A stretch of DNA of 64,000 nt, taken from Bacteroidota bacterium. Its GTDB lineage: Bacteria > Bacteroidota > Ignavibacteria > UBA10030. Below, one piece after another: positions 18,107 to 28,032 of this stretch. The translations under genes were made by a program, and so were the position numbers. Below the pieces are notes generated by a model. The model did no database searches. It had not been told where the DNA came from and was given only the letters and a program-made list of their open reading frames with translations. The DNA is taken from positions 7,346 to 71,345 of the forward strand of contig JAKAJH010000009.1 in NCBI GenBank assembly GCA_021813905.1, in the 5' to 3' direction. The number at the start of each line of letters is the position of its first letter. Position 1 is the stretch's first letter.

Positions 18107-19102
18107 GTGACTGAACGAACGTTTCAACTTGCCGGCGTGGATATGGTTCAACTGTTGGGGTACAATGACGGCAATCTGCAGATGATCGAGGATCACTTCG
18201 ACGCGACGGTGAGCGTCCGCGGTGATCAAGTGACGCTGCGCGGCACCGGGCAGGAAATCACACGGGTTGAGAAGGTCATCAAAGAGCTGGTCTACATCCT
18301 CACCAAGAACGGGAATCTGAACACGGGGGATGTGGAGACGGTGATTGATCTGGTGACCGTGAACGGATCCGGCCCCGAAGTCGCCCCGACTGACTCCGGA
18401 GACGAAGGGGAGGGCGCGATCCTTTACACGAAAACCGGCATCATCAAGGCGAGGACGCCGGGTCAGAAGCTGTATGTGCAGCAGATCCGGAAGAACGATA
18501 TCGTCTTCGCGATCGGACCGGCGGGGACGGGGAAGACGTATCTGGCCGTCGCGATGGCGGTCGCAGCGCTGAAGAATCGGGATATCACCCGGATCATCCT
18601 CTCCCGCCCGGCTGTGGAAGCGGGCGAAAGCCTCGGATTTCTGCCGGGGGACTTCCGTGAGAAGATCGATCCGTACCTCCGTCCCCTCTATGACGCGCTG
18701 GATGATATGCTCTCTGCGGAGCGTCTTCGGTCATACGTGGAGAAACGGATCGTCGAGATCGTTCCATTGGCATACATGCGGGGACGGACACTGCACAATG
18801 CGTTTGTGATCCTGGACGAAGCGCAAAACGCGTCCGCCGTGCAGATGAAGATGTTCCTGACGCGGCTGGGCGTGCATTCGCGGGCCATCATCACGGGGGA
18901 CGTCACCCAGATCGACCTGCCGACGAAGACCACGTCAGGACTGGTGCAGATTCAGAACGTGCTCCGGTCGGTTCCGGGGATCGCGTTCGTGCACTTCGAC
19001 AAGAATGATGTGGTCCGTCACCGGCTGGTGAAGGACATCATCGAGGCGTACGACCGGTATAGCGCAAACGGAGGAGGGGATCCCAAAGGCGCCGCATTAT
19101 GA
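18107..19102 (+). CDS. phoH: PhoH-like ATPase
   Basis: Walker A GPAGTGKTYLAV and the conserved PhoH C-terminal region (ILSRPAVEAGESLGFLPGD...ILDEAQN). Confidence 0.92.
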   Translation: MTERTFQLAGVDMVQLLGYNDGNLQMIEDHFDATVSVRGDQVTLRGTGQEITRVEKVIKELVYILTKNGNLNTGDVETVIDLVTVNGSGPEVAPTDSGDEGEGAILYTKTGIIKARTPGQKLYVQQIRKNDIVFAIGPAGTGKTYLAVAMAVAALKNRDITRIILSRPAVEAGESLGFLPGDFREKIDPYLRPLYDALDDMLSAERLRSYVEKRIVEIVPLAYMRGRTLHNAFVILDEAQNASAVQMKMFLTRLGVHSRAIITGDVTQIDLPTKTTSGLVQIQNVLRSVPGIAFVHFDKNDVVRHRLVKDIIEAYDRYSANGGGDPKGAAL

Positions 19103-19867
19103 GGCGGAGGCACGCTTGCTTTCGTCCCACAAGGCGTCGAGCTCGGTCATCGGGACGTCGGCCGGCGATTTGCCGCGTTCCGCAAGCCGCTGTTCGATGT
19201 ACTGGAACCGGGACGTGAACTTCTCGCAGGCCCGCCGCAACGCGAATTCGGGGTTCGTGTCGATGAAGCGTCCGTAATTGACCACGCTGAAGAGCAGGTC
19301 GCCCAGTTCTTCCTCGATGGCACGCGCGTCGTTGGACTGAACCGCTTCTTCCAGTTCGGTCAGTTCCTCCTTCAGCTTCAGCAGTACATCCTCACGCCGT
19401 TCCCAGTCGAACCCGACCTTGGAAGCCTTCTCTTGCAGGCGCCAGGCCCGGAGGAGGGCAGGAAGTTCCACCGGAACGCCTTCCAACACCGATGTCCGGC
19501 CTTCCGTGAGCTTGATCTGTTCCCAGTTCTTCAGGACGGCCTCCGCGTCGGCAGCGGCGGCCTCGCCGAACACGTGCGGATGCCGGCGGATCATCTTTTC
19601 GCTGATTTCCCGGATGACATCGTCGAGGGTGAACGCCCGTTCTTCCTCGGCGATCACGGAGTGCAGCAGAATATGCAACAGGAGGTCGCCCAGCTCGCCC
19701 CGAAGGGCGGGGAGATCCTTTCCCTCGATGGACTCGAGGACTTCGTACGTCTCTTCGACAAGACTGTGCCGAAGTGACTCGTGCGTCTGCTCGCGATCCC
19801 ACGGGCATTCGGTGCGCAATCGCCGGACGATCCGGACAAACTCCTCAAAGCGTTCGGATTCTGTCAT
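19097..19867 (-). CDS. mazG: MazG nucleoside triphosphate pyrophosphohydrolase
   Basis: Tandem MazG domains with EExxE motifs (EETYEVLE, EELGDLLF) and RHPHVFG. Probable start MTESERF at 19867. Its 3' end overlaps phoH by 6 nt (convergent). Confidence 0.9.
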   Translation of the reverse strand: MTESERFEEFVRIVRRLRTECPWDREQTHESLRHSLVEETYEVLESIEGKDLPALRGELGDLLLHILLHSVIAEEERAFTLDDVIREISEKMIRRHPHVFGEAAAADAEAVLKNWEQIKLTEGRTSVLEGVPVELPALLRAWRLQEKASKVGFDWERREDVLLKLKEELTELEEAVQSNDARAIEEELGDLLFSVVNYGRFIDTNPEFALRRACEKFTSRFQYIEQRLAERGKSPADVPMTELDALWDESKRASAS

Positions 19868-19964
19868 ATCTCTCTGGGTAGTGTGCGCTGGCATCATAGG
19901 CAAAAGGGTTCTGAGAATCAAACGTTGTATGTTTCTCGAATTCTTCGTACCATGAGTGCGTTCA

Positions 19965-20037
19965 GGGGCTGTAGCTCAGCTGGGAGAGCGCTTCGTTCGC
20001 AACGAAGAGGTCGTCGGTTCGAACCCGATCAGCTCCA
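19965..20037 (+). tRNA. tRNA-Ala, anticodon CGC
   Basis: GGGGCTGTAGCTCAGCTGGGAGAGCGC...GGTTCGAACCC cloverleaf. G3:U70 alanine identity pair in the acceptor stem (GGGGCTG/CAGCTCC). Anticodon loop TTCGCAA. Discriminator A. No CCA is encoded. Confidence 0.9.
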
Positions 20038-20717
20038 CGACGGTGCCTCTGCGCGCTTCGGCGTTGTGCCGGAAATCACGGAAGAGCGCCGGCGCATCGA
20101 CCGGTCCAGGTCGCCGGGGAAGACGAAGTTCCGGCGGAGGATCACCCGGACCGAGGTGGGGCATCCGCGGGTATGTGCCGGGATGCTGGCACTGTCCGAA
20201 GTGAAATGTTCCCCGGATCGCCCGTGGCACGCGATGCCGGGGGACCCTGTTCAATGATTCACAAGGACGCAGCGTTGTTCCAGTGTGAGGTCAAGTCCTG
20301 CGCAACAGAACTCTGTCTAACCCCGCCAGATCCGGAAGGAAGCAACGGTCGACACTTCGTTTTGTGTGACGCAGGGGCGCTTGACCTCTTTTTTTGTCCA
20401 ACGCCACACGACTGTCGCGTGACCTTTACGGCCTGACCCGTCGGCCAGCGCGGGTTGCGCAAATGCACGGGCCAAACTCATGCTGCCAGCAGCATTCACT
20501 CTTCTCACTTTCATTCTTATCATCAGCCTGATGCGTCAGGGGGAAACTCGCGCGTGTCGCGAATTGGCGCATGTGCCCGGACGACCCGGAACAACACGAC
20601 ACCAAGTGTATGCCCACCGAGGATGGGTCCTCTCCTCGTACGGGACTGTTCTCCGTCGGACCGAACGGCTCCATGCCCCGTCCCTTCGTCATCGGCTGAA
20701 GTGGAAACGGTCTCCGT
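20038..20717 (+). promoter_or_regulatory. Long (~680 nt) non-coding leader upstream of the RNase E/G gene; candidate autoregulatory 5' UTR
   Basis: No credible ORF on either strand. Several GC-rich inverted repeats are visible. RNase E genes in other bacteria carry long structured autoregulatory leaders. Confidence 0.3.
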
Positions 20718-22364
20718 ATGAAGAAAGACATCCTCATCAATTCCACGGCGAACGAACACCGTATCGCCATTCTTGAAGACGGAAAACTCGCTGAGCTCTT
20801 CGTCGAAGCCCCCGGCAAAGAGCGGAACGTCGGCGACATCTACCTCGGACGCGTCGCGAAAGTGATGCCCGGTATCCGGGCTGCGTTCGTGGATATCGGC
20901 TTTAGCCAGGACGCCTTCCTTCATTTCTCCGACATCGGTTCCATCGACGAATTCAACGCAATGTTCGATGAGGACGACGATGAAGAGGAAGAGAACGGCT
21001 CCGGCACCGCTCCGGCCGCCGCGCCCCAGCAGGCAACGGCAGGCGAACCGCAGGCCGAATCTCACGAACCCCCGGCCGACACCGCGGTCAAAGAACCTCA
21101 CTCCGGGAAACCGGACGGCCAGCATCATCATCACCACCACGACGTGAACCTGCAGCGGGGCCAGGATATTCTGGTTCAGATCATCAAGGAGCCGCAGGGG
21201 AAGAAGGGTGTACGCGTGCGCTCGGCCCTGTCGCTGCCCGGCCGCTTCCTCGTACTCATCCCGTTTGACGGCAAGATCGGCGTCTCGAAAAAATTCGCGA
21301 ATTTCAAGGAGAAACGCCGCCTCCGAAAGATCGTTCGCTCGCTCCTCCCGCAGGGATTCGGCGCCATCATCCGCACGGTCGCGGAGGGAAAGGACGAGGA
21401 ACTGATCAAGCAGGATCTGGAAGAGCTCGTCAAGACGTGGCGCACGATCGAGAAGAACGTCAAGGCCGAAAAGGCGCCCGCCCTCGTCTATAAGGATATG
21501 AATACGACCTCCAGTGTCATCCGCGACCTGTTCCAGGACGTCGTGGAGCACGTGGTCGTGGACGACAAGAAGATGTTCAAGGAGGTGCGGGCCTACGTGC
21601 AGTGGATGTCGCCCGACATGGTGGACCGGGTCGAATTCTACAAAGGCCGCGAGCCGATCTTCGACAAGTACGGCGTCGAGAAAGACATCCAGACCCTGTT
21701 CAGCAAGAAGGTGTGGCTCAAGAGTGGCGGCTATCTCTTCATCGAACGCACCGAAGCGATGACCGTCATCGACGTCAACAGCGGACGATACGCCGCCAAG
21801 CGCGAGCAGGAGCTCAACTCGCTTCGCACCGATCTGGAGGCCGCCCGGGAGATTTGCCGGCAGCTGCGTCTGCGCGACTTCGGCGGCCTCGTCGTGATCG
21901 ACTTCATCGACCTCGAGGATGAGAAGAACCGGAAGAAGATCTACGACGAGATGAAGAAGGAGCTGCGTCGCGACCGCGCGAAGGTCACGGTGCTGCCGAT
22001 GACGGAGTTCGGCATCGTGCAGATGACGCGGCAGCGCATCCGCCAGGGCGTGCAGCTGAGCTTCAGCGAAACGTGCCCGACCTGTGGCGGCACGGGCATG
22101 GTGCAGTCGAAGAATACCACCGCGAACCAGATCGAACGCTGGATCAAGCGGTTCAAGAGCGGCAGCCGTGAGTTCCGGCTGGAGTTGCATGTGAATCCGG
22201 CCATTGCCGACATCCTCGCCAAGGGCACGATCAGCCGGATCACGCGCATCCAGTTCAAGTTCTTCGTCAAAGTGAAACTGGTGCAGGAGCCGTCCATGGC
22301 GCCGGACGAGTTCCGCTTCATCTCGGTTCGCCAGAAGAAAGACATCACCGACCAGTACAAGTGA
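20718..22364 (+). CDS. rng: RNase E/G-family endoribonuclease
   Basis: S1 N-terminus ([26 protein letters not shown]...[23 protein letters not shown]), RNase E/G catalytic core ([11 protein letters not shown]) and CPTCGGTG zinc link. A ~70-aa acidic/His-rich low-complexity insertion is present. Confidence 0.9.
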   Translation: MKKDILINSTANEHRIAILEDGKLAELFVEAPGKERNVGDIYLGRVAKVMPGIRAAFVDIGFSQDAFLHFSDIGSIDEFNAMFDEDDDEEEENGSGTAPAAAPQQATAGEPQAESHEPPADTAVKEPHSGKPDGQHHHHHHDVNLQRGQDILVQIIKEPQGKKGVRVRSALSLPGRFLVLIPFDGKIGVSKKFANFKEKRRLRKIVRSLLPQGFGAIIRTVAEGKDEELIKQDLEELVKTWRTIEKNVKAEKAPALVYKDMNTTSSVIRDLFQDVVEHVVVDDKKMFKEVRAYVQWMSPDMVDRVEFYKGREPIFDKYGVEKDIQTLFSKKVWLKSGGYLFIERTEAMTVIDVNSGRYAAKREQELNSLRTDLEAAREICRQLRLRDFGGLVVIDFIDLEDEKNRKKIYDEMKKELRRDRAKVTVLPMTEFGIVQMTRQRIRQGVQLSFSETCPTCGGTGMVQSKNTTANQIERWIKRFKSGSREFRLELHVNPAIADILAKGTISRITRIQFKFFVKVKLVQEPSMAPDEFRFISVRQKKDITDQYK

Positions 22365-22380
22365 GCGACAGGACATCCGC

Positions 22381-23028
22381 ATGAAATTCTTCATCGACAC
22401 AGCGAACATCCGGGAGATCCGCGAGGCGGCAAGCCTCGGGATCCTTGACGGCGTGACGACCAACCCCAGCCTGGTGGCGAAGGAAGGCAGAGAGTTCCGG
22501 CCGCTCCTCGAGGAAATCTGCTCCATCGTGGACGGACCCATCAGCGCGGAGGTCGTTGCCACGGAGATGTCGGCGATGATGGCGGAAGCCCGCTCGCTCG
22601 CGGCGATCCACAAGAACATCGTCGTCAAGGTGCCCCTCACGCTCGACGGACTCAAGGCGGTGAAGGCGCTGAAGCAGGAAGGGATCCGCTGCAACGTGAC
22701 ACTATGCTTCTCGCCGACGCAGGCGCTCATGGCTGCGAAGGCGGGGGCCACTTTCATCAGTCCGTTCATCGGCCGGCTGGATGACATCAGCCAGGACGGG
22801 ATGGAGCTGGTCCGACAGATCGTGATGATCTACCGCAATTACCGGTTCGACACCGAGGTACTCGTGGCGAGCGTGCGGCATCCGATGCACGTGGTTCAGG
22901 CGGCGATGATCGGCGCCGATGTCTGCACGATGCCGTTCAAGGTGATCGAGCAGCTCGTCCGCCATCCGCTGACCGATATCGGCCTCGAGAAGTTCCTCGC
23001 CGACTGGAAGAAAGGAAACGTGAAATAG
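22381..23028 (+). CDS. tal: Transaldolase-like / fructose-6-phosphate aldolase (short Tal type)
   Basis: [16 protein letters not shown]...GVTTNPSL...KVPLT with the Schiff-base Lys region. 215 aa. Confidence 0.9.
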   Translation: MKFFIDTANIREIREAASLGILDGVTTNPSLVAKEGREFRPLLEEICSIVDGPISAEVVATEMSAMMAEARSLAAIHKNIVVKVPLTLDGLKAVKALKQEGIRCNVTLCFSPTQALMAAKAGATFISPFIGRLDDISQDGMELVRQIVMIYRNYRFDTEVLVASVRHPMHVVQAAMIGADVCTMPFKVIEQLVRHPLTDIGLEKFLADWKKGNVK

Positions 23029-24120
23029 ATGCTGAAGCAGACGCCATTTGATGCGATCCACCGGGAGCTCGGCGCGAAGATCGTTGAGTTCGCCGGATTC
23101 GAAATGCCGGTGCAATACACCGGTATCATGGAAGAACACCTGGCGGTCCGCAGCCGGGTGGGCGTGTTCGATGTCTCGCATATGGGCGAGTTCGAAGTGC
23201 ACGGCGCGGACGCGCTGGCGTTCCTGCAGTCGATGACCGTGAACGACGTCGCCAAGCTCCGTGAAGGAAAGGTACAGTACTCCGCCATGTGTTATGATGA
23301 CGGGGGTATCGTGGACGACCTGCTCGTCTATCGCCTGGCGGACGGGTACATGCTTGTGGTCAATGCGTCGAACATGCACAAGGACTGGGAATGGCTCTCG
23401 TCCCACGTGAAAGGCAATGTCCGGCTCACGAACGTCAGCGATGCCACGGCGCTCCTGGCGGTGCAGGGCCCGAAGTCGCTGGCGACGATCACGAAGCTGA
23501 CCGCCGTGGACCTGAAGCCGATCGAGTACTATTCGTTCGTGCGGGGTACCGTGGCCGGCGTGCCGATGCTCATCTCGCGGACGGGGTACACCGGCGAGTT
23601 GGGATTCGAATTGTACTTCCAGGCTGATCCGAAGACGGCGCGAACCGTGTGGAATGCATTGTTCGAGGCGGGAAAAGAGTTCGGCATCGCTCCGATCGGA
23701 CTTGGTGCACGTGACACGCTGCGGCTGGAGATGGGCTTCTGCCTGTACGGCAACGACATTGACAAGACGACCCATCCTCTGGAAGCCGGGCTGGGTTGGA
23801 TCACGAAGCTGAACAAAGGCGAGTTCCACGGCCGCGACGTCATGCTCCGGGCCAGGGAGCAGGGACTGAAACGCCGGCTGGTCGGCTTCACGCTGCCGGA
23901 TCGGCTGGTGGCGCGGCATGGGTACGAGATCGCGTCGGGAGGCGCGGTCGTCGGACAGGTGACCAGCGGGACGTTCTCGCCTTCGCTGCAGCGATCGATC
24001 GGCATGGGCTATGTGAATGCGGGCCTGGCGTCACCGGGCGCGAAGATCGGCATTGTCATACGAGGAAAGGAATCGGAGGGCACGGTGGTGCCGCTTCCGT
24101 TTGTTCAGAAGCAGCAGTAG
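23029..24120 (+). CDS. gcvT: Glycine cleavage system T protein (aminomethyltransferase)
   Basis: GFEMPVQYTGIMEEHLAVR...GVFDVSHMGEF and the conserved C-terminal barrel. No gcvH or gcvP is adjacent. Confidence 0.92.
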   Translation: MLKQTPFDAIHRELGAKIVEFAGFEMPVQYTGIMEEHLAVRSRVGVFDVSHMGEFEVHGADALAFLQSMTVNDVAKLREGKVQYSAMCYDDGGIVDDLLVYRLADGYMLVVNASNMHKDWEWLSSHVKGNVRLTNVSDATALLAVQGPKSLATITKLTAVDLKPIEYYSFVRGTVAGVPMLISRTGYTGELGFELYFQADPKTARTVWNALFEAGKEFGIAPIGLGARDTLRLEMGFCLYGNDIDKTTHPLEAGLGWITKLNKGEFHGRDVMLRAREQGLKRRLVGFTLPDRLVARHGYEIASGGAVVGQVTSGTFSPSLQRSIGMGYVNAGLASPGAKIGIVIRGKESEGTVVPLPFVQKQQ

Positions 24121-24129
24121 GGGAGGAAT

Positions 24130-24921
24130 ATGAAAATTGATCTGACGTTTACGTCGAGCTCGTTCGACGAGCTTCAGCTCCGCGACAAGAACATCGTGGT
24201 GATCGATGTGCTGCGCGCGAGTACGACGGTGACCGTGGCGCTGGCGAACGGCGCGCGCGAGATCATTCCGGTCGGCTCCATCGAATCAGCCGTGAAGATT
24301 TCCGGGTCGCTGTTCGGCGAAGTCACACTGCGCGGCGGGGAGCGGAACGGCCGCATCATCGAAGGATTCAATCTCGGCAATTCGCCGCTGGAGTACGGTG
24401 AGGCGACGGTCCGCGGAAAATCGATCATCTTCTGCACGACGAACGGATCCGTGGCGATGACCAAGAGCCGGTATGCCCGCTCCCTGGTGATCGGCTCCTT
24501 TGTGAACCTTGGCACCGTCGTGAAATTCATGGAGGAGAAGAACGAGGACTTCCTGCTTCTCTGCGCTGGACGATTGAACACGATCGGGCAGTTCAGCCTC
24601 GAAGATGCCGTGTGTGCGGGGATGATGGTCCAACGGCTCGAGGCGGGAGGGAATGCGAAGGTGGAACTCACGGATGCGTCGCGCGCGGCGCTGGCGCTGT
24701 ACAAAGCGCATGGCCGCTCGATCCTGAAGCTGCTGAAGAACTGTGAGCACGGCGAATACCTGGCGGAGATCGGGTTCGAAAGCGATCTGAAGCTCTGCGC
24801 GGACGTGGACACCGTTCCTGTGCTTCCGATGCTTTCGGGGACGGTGATCAAATTGCGACGCGACGAACAGCGTCCTGAAAATGCGGATCCGACCGCAGCA
24901 GGCCGGACATCCGGCGTCTGA
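24130..24921 (+). CDS. comB: 2-phosphosulfolactate phosphatase family protein (ComB-like)
   Basis: VVIDVLRASTTV and EGFNLGNSP motifs, characteristic of the ComB family. Confidence 0.8.
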   Translation: MKIDLTFTSSSFDELQLRDKNIVVIDVLRASTTVTVALANGAREIIPVGSIESAVKISGSLFGEVTLRGGERNGRIIEGFNLGNSPLEYGEATVRGKSIIFCTTNGSVAMTKSRYARSLVIGSFVNLGTVVKFMEEKNEDFLLLCAGRLNTIGQFSLEDAVCAGMMVQRLEAGGNAKVELTDASRAALALYKAHGRSILKLLKNCEHGEYLAEIGFESDLKLCADVDTVPVLPMLSGTVIKLRRDEQRPENADPTAAGRTSGV

Positions 24922-24936
24922 GGCATTCATTCTTCC

Positions 24937-27372
24937 ATGGCCGACGCCCAGAATAAGGAACAGAAGTCGCAACGTCCCAACCATCGCCGCCAGATTGCGG
25001 CGTTTGCCGGACTGCTCTGCTCGCTGATGCTGCTGCTGAGTCTCGTGTCGTACACCGCGGCGGATCAGGCCAGCGGCGAGATCGCCTTCACGGATCTGTG
25101 GAGGGTGTTCACGAACAATGAGGTGATCCTGGCGAAGGCGGAGCAGACGCAGAACTGGCTGGGGCTGGCCGGTGCGATCGTCTCGAACTGGCTGATCAAC
25201 GCCACCCTCGGCTATGCGGCGATCATCTTCCCTTTCCTTGGATTTCTCTGGTCGATCTATCTGCTCAATCGCAAGGATCTGCGGCGCAAGATCACGATCA
25301 CGAATTACGTGATCCTGCTCGCCGTGCTGTTCGCGTCGTTCACCGGTGTGCTGAAGCTCTTTGATGACGCTCTGCCGACGGAATGGAGCGGTGTGGTCGG
25401 CCATTTTGTGGCGCATATCCTCTCCCGCACGATCGGACTGACCGGCGCAGTGCTGGTGGTGGGCGCGGCATTCATCGTGGTGATCACGCTGCTCGTCGAT
25501 CTGGACTATCGGGTGACCTTCCAGCGCCTGCGCACTCTCGTCGACGCGGCATCGGCACGGCTCGACGCGTGGTGGAACGCCTGGAGCGCCCGCCGTGCGG
25601 AATCCCGTGCCACTCGATCGGCCAAAGCGCCCTCAGCGGCTCCCTCCGTAAAGATCAAGCGGCCCGACGGTGAGCCGCAGCCGGTCAAACCGATCCCGCC
25701 GGTGAATCCCGTTGTGAAATCGGTGCCGGCACCCCCTCCGTTACCGTCACCGACCCCGCTTCATCCGCCGGTGACTCCTCCATCCGCCCCGGAAGATCTG
25801 CAGGTGGACATCCAGGAAGGTGTGAAGGAAGAAGAAGTGGACTTCGACGAACGGAGGTCGCCGGTCGAAGAAGGAGTGGAAGAAGAGATCGACTTCGTTC
25901 CGCCGTCGGTGGAACTGCTCGACGCGCACCGGGCGAGCGAAGAAGTGAACGATGAAGAACTGAAGGCCAACGCGGAGCTGCTGCGCGCGAAGCTGGCGGA
26001 TTTCTCGGTGGAAATCGACAGCGTTTCCGTCACGCCCGGTCCGGTGGTGACGCTTTACGAGCTTGTGCCGGCGGCGGGAGTGAAGATCAGCCGGATCGAG
26101 AGTCTGCAGGACGATATCGCGCTGGCGCTGAAGGCGCGCGGTATCCGCATCATCGCACCGATGCCGGGAAAAGGAACCGTCGGCGTCGAGATCCCGAATC
26201 ACAATCCGTCGCTCGTGACCATCCGGAGCGTGATCAATTCGACCAAGTTCCGGGACGCGAAGGCGGCGCTGCCGCTGGCGATGGGGAAGACCATCTCGGG
26301 CGAAGTGTACGTGGACGATCTTTCCAAAATGCCGCATGTGCTGATCGCCGGCGCCACGGGATCCGGCAAGAGCGTCGGCATCAACACGATCATCACCAGT
26401 CTCATCTACCGGCTCCACCCGAGCGATGTGAAGTTCGTCATCATCGATCCGAAGAAGATCGAGCTGACGCTGTTCTCCAAGCTCCGGAATCATTATCTCG
26501 CGGTTTCGCCCGACTTCAAGGAAGAGATCGTCACGACGCCGGAGAACGCCGTGATGGTGCTGAAGAGCGTCGAGCTGGAAATGGAGCGCCGCTACGACCG
26601 TCTGGCCCAGGCCGCCGTGCGCAACATCGCCGACTACAACGAGCGGTTCAAGGCCGGGCGCCTGCATGACACCGAGACGATCAAGCACCGGAAGCTGCCG
26701 TATCTCGTCGTCATCGTGGATGAGCTGGCGGATCTGATGATCACCGCGGCGCGGGAGGTCGAGGAACCGATTGCGCGACTGGCGCAGCTGGCGCGGGCTG
26801 TCGGTATTCACCTGGTGCTGGCCACCCAGCGGCCGTCGGTCGACGTCATCACGGGCGTCATCAAGGCAAACTTCCCGGCGCGGATCGCCTACCAGGTCTC
26901 GTCAAAAATCGACTCGCGCACGATCCTGGACATGAACGGCGCGGACCAGCTGTTGGGCAACGGCGACATGCTGTACCTGCCCTCCGGCTCGCCGAAACCG
27001 ATCCGCATGCAGAACGCGTTCATCTCGACGGACGAGGTGGAGCGGGTGACGGGCCACATCGGCAAGCAGAAGGGCTATACGAATGCCTTCCGTCTTCCGT
27101 CGGTGCTCGAAAAGAAACGCGCGTCGGGTTCCGGGGTGGATTCGTCGCGGGATGAACTGTTCGAAGAAGCGGCTCGCATCATCGTGCGTCATCAGCAGGG
27201 CTCGGTGTCCCTGCTGCAGCGGCGGCTGAAAGTAGGATATTCCCGGGCAGCCCGGCTGGTGGACGAGTTGGAGGCCGCCGGCGTCGTGGGACCATTCGAC
27301 GGCAGCAGACCGCGGGATGTACTGTACGATTCCGAGGCTCAACTCGAAGCATTGTTCAAGGCGCTGGAATGA
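24937..27372 (+). CDS. ftsK: DNA translocase FtsK/SpoIIIE
   Basis: N-terminal TM segments, a Pro-rich linker, a motor domain with Walker A GATGSGKSVGINT, and a C-terminal gamma winged-helix (SVSLLQRRLKVGYSRAARLVDELE). Confidence 0.95.
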   Translation: MADAQNKEQKSQRPNHRRQIAAFAGLLCSLMLLLSLVSYTAADQASGEIAFTDLWRVFTNNEVILAKAEQTQNWLGLAGAIVSNWLINATLGYAAIIFPFLGFLWSIYLLNRKDLRRKITITNYVILLAVLFASFTGVLKLFDDALPTEWSGVVGHFVAHILSRTIGLTGAVLVVGAAFIVVITLLVDLDYRVTFQRLRTLVDAASARLDAWWNAWSARRAESRATRSAKAPSAAPSVKIKRPDGEPQPVKPIPPVNPVVKSVPAPPPLPSPTPLHPPVTPPSAPEDLQVDIQEGVKEEEVDFDERRSPVEEGVEEEIDFVPPSVELLDAHRASEEVNDEELKANAELLRAKLADFSVEIDSVSVTPGPVVTLYELVPAAGVKISRIESLQDDIALALKARGIRIIAPMPGKGTVGVEIPNHNPSLVTIRSVINSTKFRDAKAALPLAMGKTISGEVYVDDLSKMPHVLIAGATGSGKSVGINTIITSLIYRLHPSDVKFVIIDPKKIELTLFSKLRNHYLAVSPDFKEEIVTTPENAVMVLKSVELEMERRYDRLAQAAVRNIADYNERFKAGRLHDTETIKHRKLPYLVVIVDELADLMITAAREVEEPIARLAQLARAVGIHLVLATQRPSVDVITGVIKANFPARIAYQVSSKIDSRTILDMNGADQLLGNGDMLYLPSGSPKPIRMQNAFISTDEVERVTGHIGKQKGYTNAFRLPSVLEKKRASGSGVDSSRDELFEEAARIIVRHQQGSVSLLQRRLKVGYSRAARLVDELEAAGVVGPFDGSRPRDVLYDSEAQLEALFKALE

Positions 27373-28016
27373 AACGACTTTCCCTGATCCTGTCTGCTTG
27401 GTGTCTCCTGCTGCCGGGGGCTCTTTCTGCCCAGGATGAACCGCTCACGGCCAAAGAGCTGACGGCTCGTCTTCAACGCCGCTCGGATATGATCGACGAT
27501 GCGGTCGCGACGTTCGAGCAGCATGTGAAGTTCGGCTACTCCAGCATCGAGCAGACGTTCGAAGGGACACTGACCTTCCGCAAGCCGAATCGCTACCGCA
27601 TCGAATCGGACGCGCAGACGATCGTAACGGACGGCGTGACGGTATGGGCATATTCGGCCGCCAACAAGCAGGTGATCATCGACCGATACAAGGAAAACCA
27701 GAATTCCGTGTCCCCGGAGCAGTTCCTGCTCAATCTGCCGTCGGCGTACTACGTCTCGTTGCTTGGCGCGGACAAGGGGCCGAAGGGGCAGCAGTACGAG
27801 CTGAAGCTGGTGCCGAAGGACGACCGCTCCTTCATCCGTTCCGTCAAGATGTGGATCGATGCCGGTACCTGGACGATCCGCAAGGTGCTGATCACGGATG
27901 TGAACGACACGGAAACCACGTACACCGTCAAGGATCTGCGGCTGAACACGAATGTCCGGGATACGGAATTCACGTTCACGCCTCCACCGGGCACTGACGT
28001 CGTCGATCTCCGCTGA
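27369..28016 (+). CDS. lolA: Outer-membrane lipoprotein carrier LolA-like protein
   Basis: Signal peptide followed by the LolA-fold signature (FEQHVKFGYSS...GTLTFRKPNRYRIE...TDGVTVWAY). The ftsK-lolA gene order is conserved. ATGA overlap with ftsK. Confidence 0.85.
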   Translation: MKRLSLILSAWCLLLPGALSAQDEPLTAKELTARLQRRSDMIDDAVATFEQHVKFGYSSIEQTFEGTLTFRKPNRYRIESDAQTIVTDGVTVWAYSAANKQVIIDRYKENQNSVSPEQFLLNLPSAYYVSLLGADKGPKGQQYELKLVPKDDRSFIRSVKMWIDAGTWTIRKVLITDVNDTETTYTVKDLRLNTNVRDTEFTFTPPPGTDVVDLR

Positions 28017-28032
28017 CGGACCCCCTCCGCTG

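Noticed and set aside
19956-20254. ORFs 19956..20204 (+) and 19976..20254 (−) around the tRNA.
   Set aside because: They overlap the tRNA-Ala gene and its flanks and have no coding-like composition or motifs. They are artefacts of the ORF caller.
19965-20717. Possible integrated mobile element or genomic island at the tRNA-Ala 3' end.
   Set aside because: tRNA genes are frequent integration sites, but no integrase, recombinase or direct repeat of the tRNA 3' end is present downstream. The next gene is the housekeeping RNase E/G.
20523-22787. A 754-aa minus-strand ORF, plus many other long antisense ORFs (for example 62..1636 −, 13896..15332 −, 9597..10802 −, 36520..37608 −, 25747..26811 −).
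   Set aside because: They lie antisense to strongly supported conserved genes (rng, ileS, the TPR-PBP gene, guaA, pccB, ftsK). Their translations are Arg/Ala/Gly/Pro-rich low-complexity sequence typical of stop-codon-poor frames in high-GC DNA, with no recognizable motifs.
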